64,000 bases of DNA from an uncultured Gammaproteobacteria bacterium (lineage in GTDB: Bacteria > Patescibacteriota > Microgenomatia > Daviesbacterales > UBA10151): NCBI GenBank assembly GCA_964524895.1, contig CAZGFG010000001.1, positions 54,936-118,935 on the forward strand, read 5' to 3'. Numbering within the stretch: the first letter of the stretch is position 1; every line of letters starts with the position of its first letter. The position numbers and the translations under genes were made by a program. Of this stretch, positions 38,840 through 47,732 are shown piece after piece. Below the pieces are notes generated by a model. The model was not told where the DNA came from. It did not search any database and was given only the letters and a program-made list of their open reading frames with translations.

Positions 38840-40249
38840 TTAGAAACGGAAATAGATGAATGATTGATATGTTTCTGCTGATATAAAGATAAGCGAAAGC
38901 AGAAATAAGAAAGTAAAGGCCAACAAGCGAAATACTTCACTTGGTATCACTGATATTTTTGTTCTCTTGATATATGTTAAAAACATGGAGAAAATTGGAG
39001 TTGCAAAGAAGAGTCCTAAAATTAGAGCTAAAATTATATCATTTCTGACAAAATAATCGGTCGAATAGTAAATCAAATCTTGGTTAAGATTATTAAACAT
39101 CAATTTAATAAAACCCGCTGACTCTGTTAGACTCTCACTTCTAAAAAATACCCAGCTTATTAATAACACCAAAAGGGTATAAACATGCTTGACTAATTTA
39201 GGCATCCAGTTAATGAAAAATCCTCCTTTTAGTCTTTCTAAAACAAGAAATATTCCATGGAATAAACCCCAAGCTATAAAGGTCCAGTTTGCACCATGCC
39301 ATAGTCCTGTTAAAGCAAATACTAAGATAATATTTCTAAAGGTTACAATCTCGCCTTTTCTATTACCCCCCAATGGTATATAGACATAATCTTTAAACCA
39401 ATTATACAATGTCATATGCCATCTTCTCCAAAAGTCTATAATACTTGTTGCTGTATATGGATAGTTGAAGTTTTCCGGGAACTTAAAGCCGAAGATCATC
39501 CCTAGGCCAATTGCCATGTCAGTATAACCCGAGAAGTCATAATATATTTGTAGTGCAAAACAAATTACTGCAATCCAAATTTGCTCTATGGATACATGTG
39601 CAGGACCGATACTGAAAACTTCATCTGCTACCGGGGCTAGAGTGTTTGCAATAATTACCTTTTTAGATAATCCGATCATAAATCTATATAATCCTTGTGA
39701 GACCATCTGCCAGTCAATTGCTCTTTTTATAAGCTTTTTTGCCACTTGGTGGTATCTGATAATAGGACCAGCAATTAGATGTGGAAAGAGAGTAAAATAA
39801 AGGACCAATCTTGCCAAATTTTTTTCCGGCTTATTAACCCCTTTAAATACGTCTATATTGTATGAAATTGCATGGAAAGTAAAAAAAGATATTGCTAAAG
39901 GTAAATAGATATTAAAAGTTTTGTTATCTATCCCTACAATATTTAAATTGCCAAATATAAAATTGGTATATTTAAAGTAAGCTAAAACTCCTAAATTTAA
40001 GATTATTGCTAAGATCAAAGATGCCCGTTTCGAATCTTTCTTCTCCTGCATCGAAATTGCAAGAGAAGTAAAAAAATTTAGTATAATCCAAAGATATATT
40101 AACAGAACATATAACCCCTCGCCCCAAAAATAAAACAAACCACTAGCTATAATTAATAAAATATTCCTCTTATCTTCCCGTAGAAAAAAATACAGAACAA
40201 GTACCAGTGGGAAAAAGTATAACAAAAAAACCGGACTAGTAAAATTCAT
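38840..40249 (-). CDS. MBOAT-family membrane-bound O-acyltransferase (AlgI/DltB-like).
   Basis: Polytopic protein with IDFWRRWHMTLYNWFKDYVYIPLGGNRKG (the MBOAT WRRWH / catalytic His region) and a downstream conserved H (GLWHGANW). Confidence 0.85.
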   Translation of the reverse strand: MNFTSPVFLLYFFPLVLVLYFFLREDKRNILLIIASGLFYFWGEGLYVLLIYLWIILNFFTSLAISMQEKKDSKRASLILAIILNLGVLAYFKYTNFIFGNLNIVGIDNKTFNIYLPLAISFFTFHAISYNIDVFKGVNKPEKNLARLVLYFTLFPHLIAGPIIRYHQVAKKLIKRAIDWQMVSQGLYRFMIGLSKKVIIANTLAPVADEVFSIGPAHVSIEQIWIAVICFALQIYYDFSGYTDMAIGLGMIFGFKFPENFNYPYTATSIIDFWRRWHMTLYNWFKDYVYIPLGGNRKGEIVTFRNIILVFALTGLWHGANWTFIAWGLFHGIFLVLERLKGGFFINWMPKLVKHVYTLLVLLISWVFFRSESLTESAGFIKLMFNNLNQDLIYYSTDYFVRNDIILALILGLFFATPIFSMFLTYIKRTKISVIPSEVFRLLAFTFLFLLSLIFISAETYQSFIYFRF

Positions 40250-41876
40250 TTTTAACTCTATTTATCTTAATCTTGGCCAGCTCCTCTCGTACCATCTCTG
40301 TTATTTCAACCAGCCGATTTTTTCCTTCTAGCTTGAAGGCATACACATTTTCAATTGGAATTGGTGCTTGAGGGAAATCAAATGGCGCCAATGAACTGCC
40401 ATCTGTTACGGCCGATACGACTTGTTCCCAACCATCCAGAGGAACTGGCATCTTAGAAAAATCATCTAAATTATAAGCTAACGCCATATGTACAGGAAAA
40501 CCGAATGTCAGTGCTCCATAAAGAATTTGTCTATTCTCCCCTGTGAAATAAAAGACCTGCGCTTCTCCACTCTTCCCAATTTCCGAGATTAAAGGAAGTT
40601 GTTCCCAAACTTTTTCTGTAATTTCAACACCATGCAAATTGTCTACTTGATACTGTAAGTAGTTTCTTGAAGAATAAATGTTTAATATAAGAAACAGCGA
40701 AACGAAAAGAACACCTAATATCGTAAATTTTCTTTTTATTCTACTTATAAGAATCGCTATAAAAATGGTTAGTCCGGATGCTGAGACTATTAGATAACGA
40801 TGAAAAAAGGGTAGTAAAGTTAATGGATCTTTAAGCCAAGCGAAAATAAATGCACATATTAACCAGCAAAAAGCTAAAAAGAATCCAGTCGAAATTAGAT
40901 AGTTGCTACGATTTTTATAGATCAGCCTTAAGGCAAAAAGGATAAAGAATATCCCTACCCAAAGCATTATTCTTTGATCAACCATCTGATAGTCAAGAGG
41001 TATTAACATATTACCGATAATAATAAGCGGGTACAGAATAAAATCTGTACTTCCTTTATTCAGCAAGGCTCCAGACGAAGCTAATCCCCCTTTCCATACT
41101 CCGGTTAGCTGATCTATCGGACCAAAAAGGGAATATCCCGAACGCCCACCAAATTCGGAGACTATCTGACCAAATATGACTAGAATAATAAATAAACTTA
41201 TAAAACCACTCAACCGGATTATTAACAACTTTAGATTTTTTAACTGAAAAAATCTAAAGAAAAAGAATAATTCCATTAATAGGACAAGGGGTACTGCACC
41301 AGTCATTCTGACTGAGGCAGTAAACATCGCCAGAACCAAAAACAATAGGCTAATCACATAAAAACGCGGGTTGTAGTCTTTTTCATGAGCCTTCACAAAA
41401 TAAAGGAGGAAAAAATTGAATAAAGCTATGGCAATATAAACTGGCATATTAAAAACCCAATTAGTAGCATCAAGACCTACGGCAGTTACAGAAAAAAATA
41501 AAACAGCCAATACAGCAGAAACTTTATTCTTAGTTAAATAATAAACAAGCGGATAAAAAGATAGAGCTGCAATCAACCTTAGAATATAAGCTGTAATATA
41601 GTAGTAAAGAGATTTAAAACCCACTATCTCTGCTATCAAACCCATTATTAACTCAAACGAGCCGTACCTGGTTAAAAAATACGTTAAGTAGTTTAAAGCT
41701 CCATGGGAAACAGGACCAATGGTATAGAAATATCTCCATAACGCTAGCCAATCATCTCCATAAAGTCCTAATTGAAAGCTTGGATAAAGTGCAAATAAAC
41801 TGAAGGGCACCAGAATTAGAAAAATGAAAATTAGATTCTTTCCTTTAGTCATTATTTTTAAAATCTTTAACAGCAA
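40236..41876 (-). CDS. GT-C-like polytopic membrane glycosyltransferase paralogue (546 aa).
   Basis: LYGDDWLALW motif after TM1, the family NIP... region and a C-terminal VYAFKLEGKNRLVEITEMVREEL tail. It overlaps the upstream methyltransferase by 32 nt. Confidence 0.6.
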   Translation of the reverse strand: MLLKILKIMTKGKNLIFIFLILVPFSLFALYPSFQLGLYGDDWLALWRYFYTIGPVSHGALNYLTYFLTRYGSFELIMGLIAEIVGFKSLYYYITAYILRLIAALSFYPLVYYLTKNKVSAVLAVLFFSVTAVGLDATNWVFNMPVYIAIALFNFFLLYFVKAHEKDYNPRFYVISLLFLVLAMFTASVRMTGAVPLVLLMELFFFFRFFQLKNLKLLIIRLSGFISLFIILVIFGQIVSEFGGRSGYSLFGPIDQLTGVWKGGLASSGALLNKGSTDFILYPLIIIGNMLIPLDYQMVDQRIMLWVGIFFILFALRLIYKNRSNYLISTGFFLAFCWLICAFIFAWLKDPLTLLPFFHRYLIVSASGLTIFIAILISRIKRKFTILGVLFVSLFLILNIYSSRNYLQYQVDNLHGVEITEKVWEQLPLISEIGKSGEAQVFYFTGENRQILYGALTFGFPVHMALAYNLDDFSKMPVPLDGWEQVVSAVTDGSSLAPFDFPQAPIPIENVYAFKLEGKNRLVEITEMVREELAKIKINRVKNEFY

Positions 41877-42474
41877 TCAATCCACCGCTTATTTCAGGGA
41901 AAAAATAACTAAAAGGGGTAAAAAGGTAATAAAGCGCCTGTTTTAATTTAATAAAACGGTCCCCCCAAAGCAATGGGATTTTTACTCCGATTCCATAAAC
42001 CCTATACCCACGTGACCTGAAATCTTTAATAGTCCAGAGTGACTTATGTTCATCCTCTTCTTCACCTTCTATGGTTTTGAAAAACATATTCGGGGTGGAG
42101 ATAATAGCCCTTCCGCGGCAAACTCTATCTATCCCTTTTAACAACTTCAATCCATCACTTCTGTTTAGATGTTCAATAACCTCTATACATAAAATAAGAT
42201 CGACGCTTTTATTTTTTAAGGGAATAGTCGGTAATCTGTGTTTAATAATACGGTCATAGGTATTATGCTCCATACAAGATTTTATATATTTTTCGTTTAT
42301 CTCTATTCCTAATAATTTAGTGTCCTTTAAGTCTCTACTTCCATGTAGAAGACAACCGTTTAATCCTCTACCACAACCAACATCTAAAACTGTTTTATTA
42401 GCTATAATAGGGGTAAAATATGATATAAACGGGTGATAAAAAAATGGGTGTGTCCCAGACGGTATGTTATTCAT
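41845..42474 (-). CDS. Class I SAM-dependent methyltransferase (209 aa), paralogue of 11544..12176.
   Basis: VLDVGCGRGLNG, VDLILCIEVIEHLNRSDGLKLL, ISTPN. Confidence 0.8.
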   Translation of the reverse strand: MNNIPSGTHPFFYHPFISYFTPIIANKTVLDVGCGRGLNGCLLHGSRDLKDTKLLGIEINEKYIKSCMEHNTYDRIIKHRLPTIPLKNKSVDLILCIEVIEHLNRSDGLKLLKGIDRVCRGRAIISTPNMFFKTIEGEEEDEHKSLWTIKDFRSRGYRVYGIGVKIPLLWGDRFIKLKQALYYLFTPFSYFFPEISGGLIAVKDFKNND

Positions 42475-42492
42475 AAGTTATAGTTTTAGAAA

Positions 42493-43500
42493 TTAATTTA
42501 GTTTTTTTCTCCAATTCTCTGGTAAAAGTTGGCTATCAATTTCAATTTCAGTATAAATAGGATTTTGTACCCCTTGTGATTTTACATATTCCCATGTTTT
42601 TTTTAAACCCTCATTAATAGAGGTTCTATCTTTATATCCTAAATATTTTTTTGCTAAACTATGGCTTGAAATAGCAATCTTTACCTCTTGGGGTCTATTT
42701 TTAATGTATTTTGGCTTTATTTTGAGACCAGAAATATTTTGTACTATGTCAGAAAGTTCATTAATAGAATGATCTTTATCTGATCCGATATTAAATATCA
42801 TGCCATTGGCGTTTAAAAATCCACATTTTATAATTGCATCGACTACATCACTAATGTAGGAAAAGCATCTTCGCTGTCTCCCATCCCCATAAATAAAATA
42901 AGGTTCGCCCTTAAGAAGAGCACTCATAAAAATAGTAACTACATTTCGATAGGGGTCTGACATATTTTGACCAGGTCCATACACATTATGAGGTCTAGTA
43001 ATTACATATTCAAAATTATGGACACTGCTTAATATCTTAAGCGATTGCTCTACAGCAAGTTTCCCCACTCCATATATATCTTCTGGTTCAGGTCTATCTG
43101 ACTCTTTAAAAGGTGCCCGAATAGATCCATAAACAGCAATGCTAGATGTAAATACGAATCTCTTCATACCATTATTTAAAGCAGGAACAAGAGTATTTAT
43201 GAAGGTATTATATGTTCTAGTAGAAATATCTATTGGTGAGAATTGGGCCTTATTCTCAGCAGCATTTGCTGCTAAATGGTAAATAATCTCCGGCTTTATA
43301 ACCTTGATTATTTCTTCTGCTTTTTTTCTATCTCTCAAATCACAAAGATAAAATTTAGAGTTAGGGTTTAGATTTTTTTTACTACCACCTGATAAATCGT
43401 CTATATTAAAGACATTATGACCTTCACTTATTAATTTATTTATTAAATGACTTCCAATGAATCCCGCTCCCCCAGTCACTAGAATGTTTCTTTTTTTCAT
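42493..43500 (-). CDS. NAD-dependent epimerase/dehydratase (UDP-sugar 4-epimerase/decarboxylase-like extended SDR).
   Basis: ILVTGGAGFIGSHL and YGVGKLAVE (YxxxK). 335 aa. First gene of the ~12 kb minus operon. Confidence 0.8.
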   Translation of the reverse strand: MKKRNILVTGGAGFIGSHLINKLISEGHNVFNIDDLSGGSKKNLNPNSKFYLCDLRDRKKAEEIIKVIKPEIIYHLAANAAENKAQFSPIDISTRTYNTFINTLVPALNNGMKRFVFTSSIAVYGSIRAPFKESDRPEPEDIYGVGKLAVEQSLKILSSVHNFEYVITRPHNVYGPGQNMSDPYRNVVTIFMSALLKGEPYFIYGDGRQRRCFSYISDVVDAIIKCGFLNANGMIFNIGSDKDHSINELSDIVQNISGLKIKPKYIKNRPQEVKIAISSHSLAKKYLGYKDRTSINEGLKKTWEYVKSQGVQNPIYTEIEIDSQLLPENWRKKLN

Positions 43501-43628
43501 ATTTATGTATTAATTAACCACAGCTATCTTATTCAGAAACTAACCTTTTTTCAATATTTAAAATCTCCACTATATTTTCATCTATATATGATATTACTAT
43601 TATATATGTTAAACTTTTTTAAACTTTT

Positions 43629-44651
43629 ATGAGGTGGCCTTTAGTCTCAGTGGTAATGTCGAATTACAACGGAGTAACGTTGAATCTATTAAATGATTCT
43701 CTCCCTCCAATTCTAAAAAACTCTTATCCAAACTTAGAGGTAATTTTAGTAGATAATGCCTCAACTGACAACAGCGTAGATTATATAAAAAATAAATTTG
43801 GTAAGAATCCCCGTCTAAAGATTATTCAAAATCATATTAATATGTACAGTATAGGACTGAATTTAGGAGTAAAGAACTCCTCCGGCAAATATGTAGCTTT
43901 TTTCAACAATGATGTTGTCGTAGAGGATGATTATTTTCAAAAAATAATTACTTTTTTAGAAAAAAATTCTGATATTGCATTAGCTCAAGGGAAATTAGTG
44001 TCATATTATAATAAAAAAATAATTGATAGCGCAGGGGAAACAATGGATTACTTCGGGAATCCTATAACTATAGGGTCAGGTCAGAATGCAAAGGAGAGTT
44101 ACAACCAAATTATGGAAATATTATCTGTTAGTGGCTCGTGCTCAATTTTACGAAAGTCTGTAATTTCCAAGGTTGGATATTTTGACGATGACTATGGTAT
44201 TGGATATGAAGATATGGATCTGTCCTTAAGAGCATGGCTTAGGGGGTATCGGGTAGTTTATTCCCCTGATGCTATAGCTTTTCATAAAAGGGCTGCTACA
44301 GACCTCTCCCCAATGGTTAGAGCAATCGTTAGGTGGCATTTCAACAAAAATAGGCTAGCTACAATGATTAAAAATTATCCCCTTACCGATCTTATTACCT
44401 GTCTACCTGTTACAATAATTATTTATATTTTTGCAGGATTATGGGAAATATTATTGAAAAAGAATTATCAAGTAGGAATAACTCGATTCTCTGCAATTAT
44501 ATGGGCCATTGATCACCTACCTAATATAATTAGAAAAAGGGGCTTAGCCAGAAACGGAATTAACAATAGCAATTTTGAAATAATTCGTAAACTTTTGTTT
44601 AAAAAGATATTATTCCAAAGCTTTTTGTCTTTTCTTAAAATCAAAAATTAA
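43629..44651 (+). CDS. GT2 glycosyltransferase with a C-terminal membrane segment.
   Basis: VSVVMSNYNG...EVILVDNASTDNS and YEDMDL. Hydrophobic C-terminal region (LPVTIIIYIFAGLW). Confidence 0.75.
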   Translation: MRWPLVSVVMSNYNGVTLNLLNDSLPPILKNSYPNLEVILVDNASTDNSVDYIKNKFGKNPRLKIIQNHINMYSIGLNLGVKNSSGKYVAFFNNDVVVEDDYFQKIITFLEKNSDIALAQGKLVSYYNKKIIDSAGETMDYFGNPITIGSGQNAKESYNQIMEILSVSGSCSILRKSVISKVGYFDDDYGIGYEDMDLSLRAWLRGYRVVYSPDAIAFHKRAATDLSPMVRAIVRWHFNKNRLATMIKNYPLTDLITCLPVTIIIYIFAGLWEILLKKNYQVGITRFSAIIWAIDHLPNIIRKRGLARNGINNSNFEIIRKLLFKKILFQSFLSFLKIKN

Positions 44652-45275
44652 ATGAATTTCCTACCATTTTCCTATAATTGGGTGGTGCAAAGAAACCTTA
44701 ATAAAGCAAACGTTAAAACTGTCTTAGACCTTGGCTGCGGAACAGGCACAACTGGTATTAGATTTAATCAAAATAACCAGTACCTTTTGACGGGTGTAGA
44801 CATATTTGCACCATATCTTGAAGAATGCTTAAGGACTGGAAAATACGCTAAAGTGAAAAGTGGAGATTTTAAAAAAAAATTAAAGTTTAAAAGTAAAGGG
44901 TTTGATGCAGTGGTATGCTTGGAAACGATTGAGCATTTATCTAAAAAAGATGGACTAAAGCTAATCGGAGAGGCTGAAAGGACTGCAAAAAAGGTGGTGA
45001 TCTTTACCTGCCCAATGGGGAAAGCTATCCAAGAAAGTTATGATGAAAACAAGTATCAGAAACACTTATCATCCTGGTTTCCTGGAGAATTTACAAAAAG
45101 AGGATATAAGGTCAATGGGATCGGTTTAAAATCCGTTTACGGAAAACACACCCACGTTAACCATACTATAAAACCTTACACAGCTCCATTATATTTTCTG
45201 TCTTTTTTAGCTAATCCTATAACAAACATTTTCCCAAATATATCTTGTCAGATGGTAGCCATTAAGTTACTCTAA
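44652..45275 (+). CDS. Class I SAM-dependent methyltransferase (207 aa), paralogue of 11544..12176.
   Basis: VLDLGCGTGTTG, FDAVVCLETIEHLSKKDGLKLI. It starts 1 nt after the GT2 stop and ends 5 nt before the giant GT-C gene. Confidence 0.8.
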   Translation: MNFLPFSYNWVVQRNLNKANVKTVLDLGCGTGTTGIRFNQNNQYLLTGVDIFAPYLEECLRTGKYAKVKSGDFKKKLKFKSKGFDAVVCLETIEHLSKKDGLKLIGEAERTAKKVVIFTCPMGKAIQESYDENKYQKHLSSWFPGEFTKRGYKVNGIGLKSVYGKHTHVNHTIKPYTAPLYFLSFLANPITNIFPNISCQMVAIKLL

Positions 45276-45280
45276 ACTTA

Positions 45281-47503
45281 ATGAGAACCCTTCTTGTCAC
45301 CTCTATCCTTGCTTTAATTCTAGTTTGTAGCTGGTTTAAGGATGGTGATTTGATGGGATACGCAGAAGGGGCTCTTCCCTTCTATAAAATTTCCCGTTAT
45401 TTAGATCAAACTTCATATGCATGGACTGCGCATCCGGGCCTGGGAAATATAAGCTTAATTACTACTGCCTCTAAGCCCACATATCAATTACTGACCCTAA
45501 TTCAGGATTCAGGTATAGCTGGGTACCAGATTCAAGCAGCGGTTTTTTGGTTTCTTTTAGTAAGTGCTGGGGTAGGAATTTATCTATTTACTAAAGAATT
45601 TTTTCCTGAATTACCTGAAAAATATTTATTTCTGGCAATATTATTTTATTGGTTTAATCCGATCTCTTTGGTCAATATTTGGAATAGATTCTTGCTTAAC
45701 TATATTTTCTTTTTTGGAGCACTCCCCTTGCTATGCTTTCTATTTATCAAGGGTTTACGAGCAAAAAGTTATTTTTGGGGCTTACTGCTGATAACTACTA
45801 TTGGAATTTATTCTTATATCTTTTCTTATCTGGCTTTTAGCTTGCTTATCTGGATTGCTTTTGGAATTTTTACTCTTTTCTTCATTCTGCTTGAGAAGGA
45901 ATCAAGGGTATGGCTTTTTTATCTAAAATATGTAATTTTGGTATTTGTTCTTTTTGTTTTATCTAATTCTTGGTGGATTAGCCAGCTATTAACATTCCAA
46001 TCCTCATTTGGATTTGATAAATCCTTTCAGGAACTATTTAACACTGCAAGTAATTTAGGGGTCTTGGATGCTATAAGTCAAAAGTTGGGGAATTTAACTC
46101 ATATATTTAGAATGTCTCATGCCTACTTTTTTACCCAACCCTCTATGGAGTGGGTCAAACTCTTCAATTATCCACTTTTGGTTGCTGTAGAATATTTTAT
46201 CTTTGGGATTATTTTTTATTCTTTTATTAAAAATTACCAGGAAAAATCTTTTTTCTTATTAGGAAGCATCTTGTTCTTGGTTATTTTTCTAGTAAAAGGA
46301 AGTAATCCTCCTTTTGGAGAAGTTTATAGTTTATTATTCCAGAATCTTTCCTTTTTACAGGTCTTTCGAAATCCTTTTGAGAAATTTGGGTATCTCCAAT
46401 CCATGTTAGAAGCATCATTATTTGCAATAAGTCTTTATTATTTGCAGAAAAAAAAGTTTCCCCTAAGAAGACAGTATTTGTATTTATTCTTCTTTTTTTT
46501 TATAACATTTATCTGGGGATTCCCCTTTTTTACAAACCTGGTATTTACCAATACAGAGGCTCCCTCGAACATTTACTCTATCGGTTATAAAGTCAAAGTC
46601 CCTCCGTATTATTCAGAAGCAAGTGATTGGTTGCAACATCAGGGTAGTAATTTTCGCTTAATTGGCTTCCCTATTACTGAGGAAGGGGTTACATATAATT
46701 GGGAGAAGGGCTACTCTGGAGTAGAATTATCCAGTACTCTTTTCTCAACCCCAGGAGTCTTTTTTAACACTGCTGTACCTATGCATCATGATCTAGTCCC
46801 TAAATTACAACCTCTTTTATTTGAAGAAGAGAGTTTCTATAGAATAGCAAATATTATTAATGCCCGATATTACTTAGTGAGAGACGACGTAAATTATCAA
46901 ATACGGGCTCTTAAAAACCCTGAAGGAATAAAAAGAAGGTTTGCATATTTAGAAGAACAAGGAGAAGTAAAGAAGGTAGCAAGCTTTGGAAAGTTAACTA
47001 TCTGGGAAAACTTAAACTGGTTTGATACTACTTTTTATCCTGTTTTAGAGGTGGTGGCAGTCTCATCAAAATTTGATAAGAATATTCTGTCTAAAGTCGA
47101 TCCTTCAAAAGGGAGGGTCTTATTGAACAAAGAGATGAATCTGTCAAAAGAAAATACCTCTAATATCAAACTACAATACAAAAAAATTAATCCTGCTAAA
47201 TACGCTCTCCATATCTCAACTGATAAACCGTTTATTTTAATCTTCTCTGAGCTTTTTAATGGAAACTGGCAAGCAATTTATCCTGATAAAAAAATAGTCG
47301 ATAATCATCTGATTGCTAACTATTTTGCCAATGCATGGATGATTGATAGGGTAGGAGAATACGATATCGAAATTCTCTTCAAACCTCAGGTTCTTTTTGA
47401 AACTGGTCAAAAATTATCACTTATAACACATAGTATAGTTATTTTATTATTAGGGTATCTCTACTTAAGAACGAGAGGTTATGTAAAAAACCAAAATGAT
47501 TAA
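45281..47503 (+). CDS. 740 aa polytopic membrane protein, YfhO/AftD-like GT-C putative glycosyltransferase; paralogue of 8039..11536.
   Basis: Its N-terminus (CSWFKDGDLMGYAEGALPFY) parallels VWFKDGNILAIGESGIPFY, and the YSIGYKVKVPPYYSEASDWL...GVTYNWEKGYSGVEL block is shared. It has a C-terminal TM (ITHSIVILLLGYLYL). Confidence 0.6.
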   Translation: MRTLLVTSILALILVCSWFKDGDLMGYAEGALPFYKISRYLDQTSYAWTAHPGLGNISLITTASKPTYQLLTLIQDSGIAGYQIQAAVFWFLLVSAGVGIYLFTKEFFPELPEKYLFLAILFYWFNPISLVNIWNRFLLNYIFFFGALPLLCFLFIKGLRAKSYFWGLLLITTIGIYSYIFSYLAFSLLIWIAFGIFTLFFILLEKESRVWLFYLKYVILVFVLFVLSNSWWISQLLTFQSSFGFDKSFQELFNTASNLGVLDAISQKLGNLTHIFRMSHAYFFTQPSMEWVKLFNYPLLVAVEYFIFGIIFYSFIKNYQEKSFFLLGSILFLVIFLVKGSNPPFGEVYSLLFQNLSFLQVFRNPFEKFGYLQSMLEASLFAISLYYLQKKKFPLRRQYLYLFFFFFITFIWGFPFFTNLVFTNTEAPSNIYSIGYKVKVPPYYSEASDWLQHQGSNFRLIGFPITEEGVTYNWEKGYSGVELSSTLFSTPGVFFNTAVPMHHDLVPKLQPLLFEEESFYRIANIINARYYLVRDDVNYQIRALKNPEGIKRRFAYLEEQGEVKKVASFGKLTIWENLNWFDTTFYPVLEVVAVSSKFDKNILSKVDPSKGRVLLNKEMNLSKENTSNIKLQYKKINPAKYALHISTDKPFILIFSELFNGNWQAIYPDKKIVDNHLIANYFANAWMIDRVGEYDIEILFKPQVLFETGQKLSLITHSIVILLLGYLYLRTRGYVKNQND

Positions 47504-47732
47504 TTATTGGCTTATTTTTATAATTTGGGTATTATTCTTGATATTCAAAAAAAGAGAGTTTGCCTATTATTTAAATATTTCTTTTTATCTATTTTGTATT
47601 GGCGCCGTTTTAAAAGTGTTAACAATTGACACTCCTTCAGAAATATTCATGAGATTGAGCTTACTCTCGATACTGACAAGTTTAGGATTTATCATTTGGA
47701 AAAATATCAAATTGAGCTTTCTTAGAAACTAA
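47496..47732 (+). CDS. Small integral membrane protein (78 aa, 2 TM); uncertain.
   Basis: Hydrophobic ORF overlapping the upstream giant GT-C stop by 8 nt, in the same relative position as 7735..8055. However, its 3' end overlaps the convergent carbamoyltransferase gene by 51 nt. Confidence 0.3.
   Translation: MINYWLIFIIWVLFLIFKKREFAYYLNISFYLFCIGAVLKVLTIDTPSEIFMRLSLLSILTSLGFIIWKNIKLSFLRN

Noticed and set aside
44871-46501. Homopolymeric tracts in coding sequence: A9 at 44871..44879 in a methyltransferase, A8 at 46448..46455 and T9 at 46493..46501 in the 740 aa GT-C. Considered as slipped-strand phase-variation switches.
   Set aside because: At about 33% GC, A/T runs of 8–9 occur frequently by chance. 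Several others (A8 at 25721, 23101 and 6057; T7 at 43491) are scattered through non-surface genes, and nothing indicates frameshifted alleles. Worth checking in population reads, but not called.
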